Positions 37,109-49,205 of a stretch of DNA of 64,000 nt are shown here, in pieces. Under the pieces are notes generated by a model. It did not search any database. It had not been told where the DNA came from and worked only from the letters and a program-made list of their open reading frames with translations. Source of the DNA: Chlorokybus atmophyticus. Taxonomy: Eukaryota; Plantae; Mesostigma and Chlorokybus algae. The translations under genes and the position numbers were made by a program. Position 1 is the first letter of the stretch; each line of letters starts with the position of its first letter. The DNA is taken from the NCBI GenBank assembly GCA_009103225.1, contig RHPI01002990.1, positions 700,767-764,766 on the forward strand. Reading direction: 5' to 3'.

Positions 37109-38438
37109 TGTTACGGCCTAGCTACTATAGCTGGTCATGTACAGTGTATATATAAGTTTAATTAGCGTAAGACAAAAGTTCAATGAACCTTGGTTGAATT
37201 ATCTTGGTTTGTTACACAAGCTTTGAATGTGTTTGTGTTTGAGCTTTAACACAAGTGCAATGCATCGCTAATTATAGGCCTGGCTAGTTAGAGCATTTGC
37301 ATGCATACAATTAGAAGTGGTTGACTAGGAATTACCCTATTCATGAATGTATGGGCGTCTTGAGTAGGAAGATAAAAGCACACGGCTTTAGTATAATGAT
37401 TTATTAACGTGATGTGGGCTTATGGGGCCAATCGCGTGAAACATCATAGGAAAAAGCATGTGTAATTATAAGGTTCATTTAGGCCAATCCAAGGCGGCTT
37501 ATTTGGATCAGATGAATAGAGCAAAGTAGCCTACCTTAGGGTGAACAAAAAGGACTTCGCGAAATGAGTTCGCAAAGGGGTTGATTCACCTGCGAAGTGA
37601 ATCAACATAGTGAACTAAAATAGTTGACTAGTTCAGTTACGAACATGAACTAAAATAGTTCACTAGTTCAGTTACGAACATGAACTAAAATAATTCACTA
37701 GGGGTTTGTAAGTGAACTAACATAGTTCACTGGTTCAATTATAAACATGAACTAAAGTAGTTCACTAAGGCTTCGAAGTGAACTAAGTGAATCACCCTAA
37801 TATGAGGGGACTAATAGAAGAGGGAGCCAAAAGTGAATCACTGGTGAACTAAGTTAGTTCACCAGTAAAGTGATTCATAAAGCCGACAAGGTAGTGAACT
37901 AAAGTTGATTCACTAGTGAATCAACTATTAGATCACTTCGCGACGCGACGTCGCGACAGAAAATCGGCTAAGGCATTTGCCCCCTCCCGCGTGTGCCGAT
38001 ATGCAGCGCATGGCAGCGCCGTCTGCCATGGCCGCAAGCACAAAAATCGCGGATTCGCATTATTGGTCACTTTGCAGAATGCCAGTGAACTAATGCCGGG
38101 TGAACTAAACTAATCACTTGGGTGAGTGAATGGGGATCTGGTAGAGGGCTTTGAACCAAGTAGGTCTTAGCCAAGATAGTTCCTAGTAAAGCTCATGGCG
38201 ATGGATTTCGCCATTAAAAAGGAGCCAGTCGCGGGTGGAGGGTAGCCGCCGCACGACTTGAGCTCGGGGCTTTTGGGGCTAAGGTAGGGGTACCTAAGCT
38301 AGGTGACCATAACCCTTGAATTACCAAGTAATTGTTCATTCAACGAAAGGTGATTAAGGGAGTGTACAGTCACTACATGTAAAGTGTGTGATCACTGTAC
38401 ATAGTTTTGGTGATAATTTACCCCCGCACGGCGTAACA
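37109..38438 (+). repeat. 3' LTR
   Basis: Direct repeat of 23819-25157, preceded by the PPT and followed by TSD GGCAG. Confidence 0.97.
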
Positions 38439-38622
38439 GGCAGGCCGCCGTCGATTGTACTTATCAGTTGATCGCTTGCCGTCGGTATATGTTGCTTAAT
38501 AATAACGGCCGTCCTAAAAAGTCCCTTTATGGACCAATCTGTTACGTCAGGTAGGGTCAGGCAGGGTCAGGCACCCGTCAGTCCCTCAGTCACTTATCAG
38601 TCACCGTGTAAAATTTGCGACG

Positions 38623-39186
38623 GAGTGTGGACAAGTTGTTGTAGCATTGTCGTCTATGGTGCGGCTCTGTCGCTTTGTTGAGGCCGCACTTCCATTGCAA
38701 TCGTCGCTGCTACCACCCTCGCCGCTGTATCGATGGATACGGAGCACTGGCTCAGCGTCACATGTAAGCAAGGCAAGATTGACAGCATCAGGAAACAACT
38801 TGCCTTCTACTCTGCCGCTGCCGCCAGCACACCTGCATCTTGCATAAAAGCAATGTGGCTTTGCCACATTGGATACAATTGTGCAGAGGATGTCTACTCA
38901 TCATGACACAGCATTTTGATGCTAGCTATACTTCATGCATGCATGCATGTGCGCGCGTGCGCGCGCATGCGTGTTCTTTGCAATGTGTGCCAGTGCAATA
39001 GTCACGCACACGGGTTTCAGCTTTCTTCGCGGGTGTCTTGATTGTGGCAAATCCGTGACGTACAAGGCGACGACAAGGTTGTGCCACTGCTCCCCTTCCC
39101 TCAACGCCCACACTCTGATTCGCATCCTTTGAGGACACGTCATCATTTGAGACAGTGCTCGGTGAACGCTTTGGTGGAGTAGCCAT
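38623..39186 (-). CDS. Possible 5' exons of the gene interrupted by the nested elements
   Basis: ATG at 39186 (MATPPKRSPSTVSNDDVSSKD...) and an open frame that runs up to the TIR at 38621. No family recognised. Confidence 0.3.
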
Positions 39187-40207
39187 CTCTTTAATGGTTA
39201 AATCGTGGGGAGTATTGTCCTGCAGCGATTAATGCTGTTCTTTTTCTAGCTCTGTCGCCGTCAGATAACTTGCGCTGCTGTCGGTGGTGGCAAGCAGCCG
39301 AGGCAATGCGAGACATGACAAGGCAAGGCAAGGCAAGTTGCCCGAGGCAACCACTCCTGTCACACTTGTACCTTCGACTCGAGCTCCTGGAAGCGAGCTA
39401 GAAGCGAGGTAGAAGTCTATCTTGACTCTCGCGAGTTTGGAAGCCATCTCAAACTCTGTTGGGATGGCCGTGCCACGGTGACTGGACTGATGACTGGATT
39501 GCCGGTAGTGGCGGTCTTTGCTCGCCACGACTGCGCTGAGGCGGCGGCGGCGGCGGCGGCGGCGAAATGCAGTGGGGTGGCAAGTGATTGCGGCTGGGGT
39601 TGGCAGGGGGAGGCGGCGTCTTACCTCTCCTGCTGGCTGCTCGCTGCCGTTTTGTGGGGCTGGTGAGGGAGAGTGGGAGGTTCGCCATGGCAGGTACTTG
39701 GTTGCTGACATCTGCATGACGGTGCATGGTGAATGACTCTTACATGTGTGTGCCTGTGTCTGCGCGTGATGACTGCTGCATACGCACATGTGCGTATCGC
39801 TGTGCTGACTGCTGGGTAACAGTTGCGCGTGCGTGCGTGGGCGTGTCTGTGCACTTGCATAGGGGTTTATAATGAATGATGAACAACGTCGTGTGTTTAC
39901 ATCTCTGCGTGCATGCATTCCCGTGTGCATGTGTGACTGCATGCACGTTTGCGTGTCCTTGACAGCTGACACTCTCTCTGTGCTGTGTGTAAGTATGTGT
40001 TTCATAGTGGATCTCAACAATGGATTGTTGTGCGCGTGCGTGCTGACGGCATGCCCTTGTATGTACTCCAGCACATGTGCAACGGCTGCATGCACATGTG
40101 CTGGGGAATTGAATGCGTCCGCGTGTGCGTGTGCGTGATCACTGCGGCATGTAGGTCTGTGAGCATGTGCATTTGGCTAACGGTAGCCACGCTCAGTGTA
40201 GGTCAGC

Positions 40208-41302
40208 ATGGCTACAAAAGGAGAGCAGCAATGGTGGCGCAGCGTCGCTCAGAAACAATGGCACATCACGCGGGGACGCTTGCGCGCAGTTGCGACATGG
40301 GCGGAAGCGATGCTAATAACGATACTGGCGGGCGTAGTGTTGCTGAAAGACATGCTCGAGTTGTTGGCGACAGCTGTGTTGGCTGTGTTGGCTTTCTGGC
40401 ATTGGCGTGATGGCAACACTGCCCGATTCGTCGCGGATTCATGGGAGAAGCTGGTGGATTGGAAAGAGCACTTATCAGTATACCTGGTCGAGGAATGTGC
40501 ACACCCCGGCGAGTTTGTGACGCGGATGTTGAGTCAGCTGAAGAGTGAGAGGGTGTGCACATCCGCCATCGACTTCAGCGGGCACATTGCGTGTGGCATC
40601 GAACCTTCCCCACTCCTGAAGGTGACGGTGATGCAAGCGGCTGTACCGCTATTGCTGGTGGTGTTGGGCATACTGTTCTGGCGTCAAACCAGGTGTCTGC
40701 TACATAGTTGTGGGTGGGTATGCATTTGGGTGTTGCGGTTACCTCTGCGAGTACGGCGAAGAGCACTTCATTTCTTTGACTGCTTGCCGGAAAAGACAGA
40801 CAAGGCGGTTGTCACCGATGAAATCATCATCCCTGCTGCGCCTGCTGGCGCCTTGGAGGTGACCTACAAGACAGTGGTATATGTAGCGTTGCCTGCCGTG
40901 CGTGTGGGAGCCGTGGAGGAGTACGAGCACTGGGATTATGTCATTGAAGATGACTACCATCTTTGCAAACTGCGCGACAAGGGAGAGCAGTCGAACAACG
41001 AGCCATCGATGGCGGATCTCATACGCTCCATTCGAGGTGACAAGGTTTTGGTGGCGTCCTTCGCACCACTCAAGGTGGTACTGGAGACAGTGAAGTTTGA
41101 GACGTACGGTGGCGTTATAGAACATAATAGTAGAGAGTTTCACCTTTGCAAAAGGTGCAGAGTTAGCGAGGAGGCAGTGGATGAATATCAGGTGCCAGTT
41201 GAGGAGGTCCTGGTGCGCCGTGCGATTGTGGAGCAGGCGCGCAGGGTTGCTGCCAGGATAGGCAGGAAGCGTCAGTTCACCTTGCTGCCTTGGGCGAGTT
41301 AG
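40208..41302 (+). CDS. Hypothetical 364-aa membrane protein (uninterrupted ORF)
   Basis: ATG-initiated 1095 nt ORF with hydrophobic segments MLITILAGVVLLKDMLELLATAVLAVLAFWHW and AAVPLLLVVLGILFW. No family recognised. Confidence 0.55.
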   Translation: MATKGEQQWWRSVAQKQWHITRGRLRAVATWAEAMLITILAGVVLLKDMLELLATAVLAVLAFWHWRDGNTARFVADSWEKLVDWKEHLSVYLVEECAHPGEFVTRMLSQLKSERVCTSAIDFSGHIACGIEPSPLLKVTVMQAAVPLLLVVLGILFWRQTRCLLHSCGWVCIWVLRLPLRVRRRALHFFDCLPEKTDKAVVTDEIIIPAAPAGALEVTYKTVVYVALPAVRVGAVEEYEHWDYVIEDDYHLCKLRDKGEQSNNEPSMADLIRSIRGDKVLVASFAPLKVVLETVKFETYGGVIEHNSREFHLCKRCRVSEEAVDEYQVPVEEVLVRRAIVEQARRVAARIGRKRQFTLLPWAS

Positions 41303-43228
41303 GTCTGTCGGGCTTACAGATGTCGGCTAATTGAGATGTTTTTGTGAACAGACTGTACATACTCTGCTTGGTCAAATATACAAACTCTGTTAGCTGTTAA
41401 GCCATAAAAACATTGCACTTGCTGTCCTATCCCCAGGACAGTGATCACCTTCTGGCACTTGAATGTGATGTCCCTTGTCACTTGACCAGCTTGTCCCACT
41501 GGGGGCTTGATAACCTTGCAGTGCCTGCACCGATCAGCCGCAAACAGCAGCAGAGTCTTCAGCTTGCAGCTCTCCAAGTTCTCAGCTACTTCCGTCGTGC
41601 ATACCAAGTACGCGACAGCAGCGGTGGTCGAGAGCATGCGCGCGTCTTATAGCTACCGAAGAGAAAAGGACGGCCAGGTACAAGTCGATCACGTATGTTG
41701 TGGTACAGGAGTCATGGTGCAGTTTGCCGCTGAGTGCATGTTCTTCTGTTGCTCTCTCGCAGTGGGTCAACATACCACATTGGTGCGCAGACGCTTGCTG
41801 GTATTGACAGCGTATTGTCAGGTGAGTGTGAGGCAGCGCAATGATGTGCTGAAGTCAGACAAAATCCTGCTTCTTGGACGGGAAACGGAGCTGCTGCAAT
41901 TGGGCGCTCAAGTGCCAGGTACTTGTCATCCGTGTTTACCGGGGAGAGATGAGGTTATCTTGCACCCACACAGACCCGTGTTGCCTCCCTCGCCCTCTCC
42001 CTTTATGAACAGTGCAACGCCTGGGTGCACGCTCGTCAGCACGATGCTTCCCATGCCTGCCGTTGATCCCACCCCTGTCCAATGGGGCAATGGACAGCAG
42101 CCAGAACATTCTCATGCCCAGCAACGGAGAGTTTGGACATCCAACCTGCGCTCCCCGAGAATGACCAGCAGCTTCGCAACATCCCAACCTCCGCACTTGA
42201 AAACCTCACCGGGTTCAGCTTTGTGAATACTCAGCAGCACATCGGCATGGACACAGGTGGTGCAGAATTTATTCAACGCCCATCGTCCCCAAGGAACGAC
42301 CACTGTGGTTATTCTCCAGCTACAGCCCCGACCTCAACCCGCAAACCCCTGGAGTATCCGCCTACTCTCAATGCCACGTGAGGTCCTCCTGTTCTTCGTC
42401 CATCGTGTCGCTGTCGCACGCAATGTCGCGGCACTCTCTGCTGCTTGTGGTGCCGGTTCTGGCGTCAATAGCTTGTTCCCACACCTGCAATTGTTCGCAC
42501 CACGACAGGTGCTTCCGTCGCAGCCGCGGGTAAAGCACTGCTCTAAGAGCAGTGATCAGTGCTTGGGCTTGAAGTGCCATCCTTGTCGCTGTCAAAGAAC
42601 GCGTAATCTGCCACCTGCGGGTACGCCTTGCATGAACACGCGCTTGCTGTATTAGTAATGAGAGGAGGTACTGCATGGGTACGCGTTGGCTGTACGCAAC
42701 ACCCGAATCGCCCCCGACTTCTTCTTGCCGAACCAGAGGAAATTCAGCTCAACCTGCGCCAGCACCTGAGGTAAAGTACATTTGCGCACAATTGCAAATG
42801 CTCGCAATGGCCGATGTGCTTCTTGCCCGTCATAAGTATGACCTTAAAATTCAAGCACACGCACATAACCCGCTCAAGCACAAGAAGCAAGCATGCGCGC
42901 CGCAATTGCCTAAGGGATGGTCCTCCCCTTGAACCATTTGGTGCATTAGCGCATGGCAGTGCGCATGCACCAGAGCCATCCGCAGTAGTGATAGAGAACT
43001 TCATGTGGCCAAACACGACAGAGCTTTGAGGTGTGTGCTTGTGCGTGGGTGCATGGGTGGGCGCGTGCGTGGATGACTGTCAGCACCGTCGGCATATGCG
43101 TGCGTGCCTGTCGGCACCGCTATGACCTTCGTGTACTCTTCTGCAAGTGTGTCTGCATTGGATGTGTTTGTGTGTCTATGTGCGTGGGCTGTTGGCACCC
43201 ACAGTGTGCGCTGCACGTGCACGCCCCC

Positions 43229-43430
43229 NNNNNNNNNNNNNNNNNNNNNNNNNNNNNNNNNNNNNNNNNNNNNNNNNNNNNNNNNNNNNNNNNNNNNNNN
43301 NNNNNNNNNNNNNNNNNNNNNNNNNNNNNNNNNNNNNNNNNNNNNNNNNNNNNNNNNNNNNNNNNNNNNNNNNNNNNNNNNNNNNNNNNNNNNNNNNNNN
43401 NNNNNNNNNNNNNNNNNNNNNNNNNNNNNN
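43229..43430. other. Assembly gap (202 N) flanked by a poly-C tract
   Basis: Run of N followed by C33 at 43431-43463. Confidence 1.
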
Positions 43431-43465
<35 letters not shown>

Positions 43466-45368
43466 TCCCCCGTACATCTTTTACTCTCGCATAACGAAAG
43501 TCTCCGCTTCTTGGCAATGGTGTTAGTAGTCACACATTAATGTTGATGTCGCAAGGAATGCAAAGTCAACCCATCGACATTTGCATCAGAGTGCTTTATG
43601 GTGTATAATGTGGATTAACTAAACTCGTTTGCACTACAGCAGATGACTGTGAAGTTTACAGTAACCGTGCATGCCTTGGAGAAGTAGCAACCTTGACACG
43701 ATGTCAATATATTCTATGTCGTGTACCTGATGTTGAAGTTGGCATTTTGTCCATTGGCGTAAAATAACACATAAGGTTGGTGCACATGATTCGCACGTAT
43801 GTCCTTCAAGATGTTGATCGCGATGTCGTGCAAACAAATTTACTTATCAAGTGTGTTTAATTGTTTACATCGCTATTCCACATCAGTTTTTAATGTGCTT
43901 GAGTGCTGCTCGGCCTCAGCAGTGCGGGAACACATGTTAAAACAAAACAATATACAACCATCTACCATCATTGATAGACAAATGTCCACTAACAGTGTTG
44001 CTACCAAACCTGCATGCTAAAGAAATGGATACGCATGCATTGAATACTGTTAACGACTTGTGATATCGTCGCATTGCATAATTCATGTATCATATTGTCA
44101 TGCGTGCATGCACAAAATGAGGGGAGCGTGCAAACGCCCTCACATTGGAGACAGGTGTTTGCTTAAACACCACCCATACACCGAAAATGCTTAATGCTAT
44201 GCTGCGCTGCTGCTGTACTAACTCGTGCTGCATGCTTGCAATACTTGTCTTGAATGCATGATTAACTGACTGTGCTGTTGATTATTGCTGCAAGTTGCAA
44301 GCTATCAGCAGTGCTATGCAGCTCACCAGTGCTTGCATATGACTGCACACAGCCGCTACATTGCACTCACGCGCTTGCCATTCAATTTACGACGTAAGAC
44401 TCCAAAGGCCACAGTCAGCGCGTTACGTTAAAAACCTTGCCCACTTTGGCCAGGTTGTAACTGTGGCGCTGCTGTTTCAGGTGGGGCACTTGTCTTGCTA
44501 TGCTACTTCTTGTTGGGCGTGCTGCTGTTTAGCCCAAGCAACACGCCATTATTGCTACTGCCGTTGTTGTTCTTGCTACGTTCTTGCTGCTACCAACTAC
44601 TACCAATGCTATGTCGCTGAGAGGTAAACCCTACCCTACTATTGGTGCTGCTTGCTGCTACTGTTGTATGTCACATGCGTCACATTAATGCATTTGCATT
44701 TGCATTGGGTGATGGGGATATCATATTGTAGTAAGTACATAGATTTGCATCTTCTCTTCATTGGAAGTTCTTATGCCAATGCTTTTTGGTGTAAAGGACG
44801 TGTCCCTACAAAACGCGAAGTCACGTGTTGCAAAATCTACCATAACAAAATGTACTTTGTACTTTTTGTTATAGCAAATTTGCTATACGCTTTGGCCTTG
44901 CGTGCACCAGATTGCATGCACGTAGTCTAGGTGCGTCTACATGTGTAGTTATTAATTGCTTGTGCATTCATATGCACAATCAACGAAGGCGAATTAAAGA
45001 AGCATGTATGACTTTGTGTTTGTGTGATGTGCTCTCTTTCATCTGACACACGTGGACAGCGCATCCAGCAACTGTGATATACATATATACTTGTCTGTCT
45101 CAGACTGCGACTCTCAGTTGACAATCATGGCATATGCCTACAATCCCACCAAAGCGACCTGGCAATTTGTGACAAGCAACCAAGTCAACCAATGACCTGA
45201 TGGGCACGAAGTGTTTGCCATGTGTTGGTGTTTTGATGTGTTGGCGTATCAGTGTTGGAGAACTACCTTCCATGTAGCTTGTTAATTGCATTGCTTGCGC
45301 CCCGCACCGCTCGTGACAGTGCATGGCATGCTGCATTGTTCAGCTGCGCCCGGCAGTGGTGCACGTGC

Positions 45369-47592
45369 ATGACGATGGCGGCGGCGGCGGCGGCGGCGGG
45401 GGCGACGTTGTGGTTGGCCGTGCCGGTCGCAGCGTTGTCATCGTCTACTGCAACCAGGCCGACACCCTCTCTGCGGCCGGCCGGCGACAGGCGGCCTGTC
45501 AAGCCTGGTGAGCCAGCACAGGTCAGACTAGGCCATGCATACCCTGTCCTCTCTCGGCCTGGCCTAGAAGTGTGTGCTTGCGTGCGCGCGTGCAATGCAG
45601 CAAACATGCGCTGTGTTGCCGTACTTTATTGAGTTTGGTCAAACCTGTTCTACACTTCCACACTCATGTTGTTTGTCGCGTTAACAACAGACAGGAGTGT
45701 GCGCATGCACGCGCCGGCTCTAAAAAGGCACAAACACAAGACAATAGTCAGGTAACAATCGTTGCATAATTGGCAACAGTCACTAAACAAATGCTGCATC
45801 CTGCCTGAAACTTACTTTGTTTCACAGGAGAGCTGTGCCATATGGCATTTGTCTCACCGCCACGACTGACGCTGATATCGAGCCAAAGTCCGATAACGAC
45901 ACTGCTGTCCCAAGAGCTGCCTTTTTCGACGTCGATGGCACATTGATGGTAATTTGGGTTGACACTGTGTGCACATAAGTCCCACGCAAGACGAATCCTC
46001 ACGCAACATATGTGCTGCACAACTCGCAGGAGACGAACATTGTGTGGCCGTATGTGCTAATGCGGTTGGACGAGCTGCCCTTTATCATCCAACTGTTTTG
46101 GGTCCCGTTCTTTGCGCTTCAGGGCATTGGGTTTCTTATCATTGACAGGTGCGCGCATGCATGTGTGCGCGTGCGACATCACCATAAGTGGATATACAAC
46201 AATATCTGCCTGCACGTATGCATGCGTGTGTGCCCGAGCAAGCGCGCCCGTGCATGCGTGCATGTGCTAGTGCGTGCATGCGTGCATGCCCAATGCGTCA
46301 CCATCAATGGGTGCATTGTTGCACCCACGCAGGTTACTACTGAACGTACACTGACGTCACAGGTTTGATCGGTCTTTGTTGAACAAGATATTCTTTAGCA
46401 AGTATAAAGGCTACAAAGCGTCTGATGCACCTGCCATCGCTGACAAAGCATTCACTCGCTACTACAAACCAAGGTGCTGCCACTCTTGCCACTAGTCAAA
46501 GGTTCTGCCACTACCCATCCGCTTATTCTGCGTTGTAGCACTCAACTCATTGACTCTCATGTCTTGCTCAATTATGTTGATTCTGTTTTTGGAAGGATGA
46601 TACCTCGAGCTTTGGAGCACATTGCAGAGTTGAAAACAGAGGGTTTTCGCATTGTGTTCGTGACGGGGTCGCTTGACTTCATGATGAAACCTGTTGCGGA
46701 CTTCATCGGAGTCGGTATGTATCATTATTGATGATGCTGAGTGCAGTTTCTGTATAAACAGGATAGCTGTTGTTGATTCCCAAGGCCTGAATCTGCACAG
46801 CTCATGTCGTGGGTGTCCTCAGATGCGGTGATGGCGAACGAGCTAGAAGTCGATGATGACGGCAGGTTGGTGTGCGTGTGTATGCTTAACAATCAATGTA
46901 GGGTGTGTTGTGCACCCAACATTGGTCACTCAATCAGTAACTAGACACCTCAGATGGTTTCTCTTGTGTGCTGCTTCACTCAATGACTCACCTTTGCACA
47001 CTCACAACACGCACTACAGTGTCAGTCACTCTCATGTTGGTTCACTGCTTCACAGCCCACCCAGCAGGCGACCAACATGTTCATCAACGTCATCAATGTT
47101 ATGTTGTCCATCTTCATGGTTGATTCACAGCCTGTTTGTTGCTAAAAGGTTTACGGGGAGGCTGGTGGGTGCGCCGGTAAGCGATGGCCGCAAGGCCACG
47201 CTCGTGCACGCGTGGGCACGACAGCACTTGATGGATCAAAGTCCACATGTTGGTAATGACGGAGGAGATCAACAGGAAGATGATGATGAGAGGGTGTGGA
47301 GGAGACTCCAGCAGTGCAGAGCGTACGGGGACAGCGCAGCCGACTTGCCTTTGCTTGAGGCGGTGAGCATTACGTCATGTGTGCCAACAGATATGCGAGA
47401 ACCAACCATGTGATGTGTATGTGTGCGTGCGCGTGCGCACATGCGAGTGCTCAACCTGCTTCATGGGCACCATTCATGCAGGTTGGGTTCCCGCATGCAG
47501 TGGCGCCGGACAAGAGGTTGCGAGCAATAGCTGAAGCGCGGGGTTGGCCGATTCTTGAGTGGGCACGTCACATGCCAGTTGTGTCCGACTGA
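45369..47592 (+). CDS. HAD-superfamily subfamily IB hydrolase (SerB1-like) with a transit-peptide-like N-terminus (multi-exon)
   Basis: AAFFDVDGTLM (motif I), VFVTGSLDF (II), GRKATLV (III), [41 protein letters not shown] (IV). Ala/Ser/Arg-rich N-terminus; TGA at 47590-47592. Confidence 0.88.
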
Positions 47593-48188
47593 TGACATAA
47601 ACTCCCTGCACCAGAACGATCATCCAATACATATGATGGTCGCTCTCGAGGATGATTGCACTGCTGATGCTTGGGAGGATGGACCTGCAGTTGGCGAAGT
47701 TGACTGTAAGGAGTGATATATACTTTGATTGTTTGTGCCTTGCCCTCTGCCTTGCTTGGTTGTGGGTGTGGTTGGGTGTGTAGAAGATTGAAGATGCTGC
47801 TGCGCTCTCTGGCATCAGCAACACTTGGTCAGCCTATACCTGTATGAACAGTGACATAAGGCCATTGAGTTGCCTGAGCTGCAGTTGGTGTACTCTACTG
47901 CGAGGATTGGTGTATACTTGGTCGCATGATCATTGGAATAAGACATACTTGGCTGCTTGGCACAATAAACTGGCGCAGTAACTGCCCAGCTTGCATGCAC
48001 AATGCAAGATGCTAATCATGCACAATGCAAGTGACAAACCGATCAACAAACAATGCACACATCAGAACAAGCACGTGCGGAAGCGTACATGTTCGCCTCT
48101 GACTAATTGACATCTAATGTAAGCCAATTATGTGTATCGTACAGCTAGCCAATGTCCACATTATACACCCAACAACCTACACGTTAAG

Positions 48189-49171
48189 CTAATCCCAGTC
48201 CCTCCCTCTAAGCCCATTCTCCTCATCAACCTCATCCACATGCCCCCCCGCCTCGTCCTCCTCCTCATCCATATCAGCGACAACGCCCTCCAGTGCACGC
48301 TCGAGCCTCCATGGCATGTGGTCCAAGAACATGCGTGCGGATATCGGTATGTCGGAGAAGAGTGCGCTGCGGGGATCCTCGACGGCCACGACATGGTCGT
48401 CGTCGTCAATGATGGTATTGTTGTGATCATTGACGTCCCCGGCGCCGCCAAAGTCCTCGCGCAAGCGCACGTGCCATACCGTGCCGGGGAGGTACAAAGG
48501 CGGCCGCTCCGGCGCGCTAATTGTGATTGACGTGCTGCCGCTGTTGGAAGAAGTTGACGCTTCACCTGTGAGCAAGAGAGTGAATGATCAGCCCCCAACT
48601 TTACTAAGTCACACTTGGTTGATGCTAATCGATGATGCTGCCAGACTGCTGCATGCACACAGGAGTGGCACACCACAAAGTGAAACAACAATTACATCAC
48701 TACAACCATGCGACCATGCGTGTGTGGCTCTCACCTGCATCATGAAGCCGTTCTGTCTGTATCTCATTGTTACTCTGCTGTCGTGAAAGCTCATCTTTGC
48801 GTGAGAGTGGCCGCGGGATGGAAGGCATGGTGTCTGCAATGCGCCGTCTTGCTGATGACGGAGGCCTGCACGGTATGCAATGATATGAGCATTGTTGGTA
48901 TCTATGGTGATAGCGAGTGTTGTACTAACTAGCTCTTACGGTTCTTTGGTCACGCGCAGAGCACATGGTCGCACTCGGCCACGTATCCGCCTCTTATTGT
49001 GACGCCCTCCTCGCCAACTAGAACACATCAAATCAAGCAAAATCGGCGTCAAGACCAGCTGACATGCAGCATAGATGCGCATGCACACACACGCACATTT
49101 GCACGCGCACACACGCACGTAAGCACGCACGCATTCACTCTCACACACACACACGCACGCATACACAACTG

Positions 49172-49205
<34 letters not shown>

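Larger units (their letters stand above)
23819..38438 (+). mobile_element. Full-length decayed Ty3/Gypsy chromovirus LTR retrotransposon with a nested DNA transposon
   Basis: LTRs at 23819-25157 and 37109-38438 (TGTTAC...GTAACA); TSD GGCAG at 23814-23818 and 38439-38443; PBS-like TGGCCTCGGAGC; PPT AAAGGGGGAG; domain order gag-PR-RT-RH-IN-chromo. Confidence 0.97.
21979..38621. mobile_element. Non-autonomous TIR element (~1.5 kb of its own sequence), related to the inner Plavaka element, hosting nested insertions
   Basis: Left end GTCGCAAAATGTTT (21979). Right end reverse-complements to GTCGCAAATTTTACACGGTGACTGA (38621), and this matches the first ~75 bp of the inner element at 25690. Subterminal regions are rich in GGTACC, CGGCCG and GTCAC motifs. 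No TSD was found. Confidence 0.7.

Noticed and set aside
43001-43540. Long ORFs spanning the N gap
   Set aside because: They are artefacts of N and poly-C runs.
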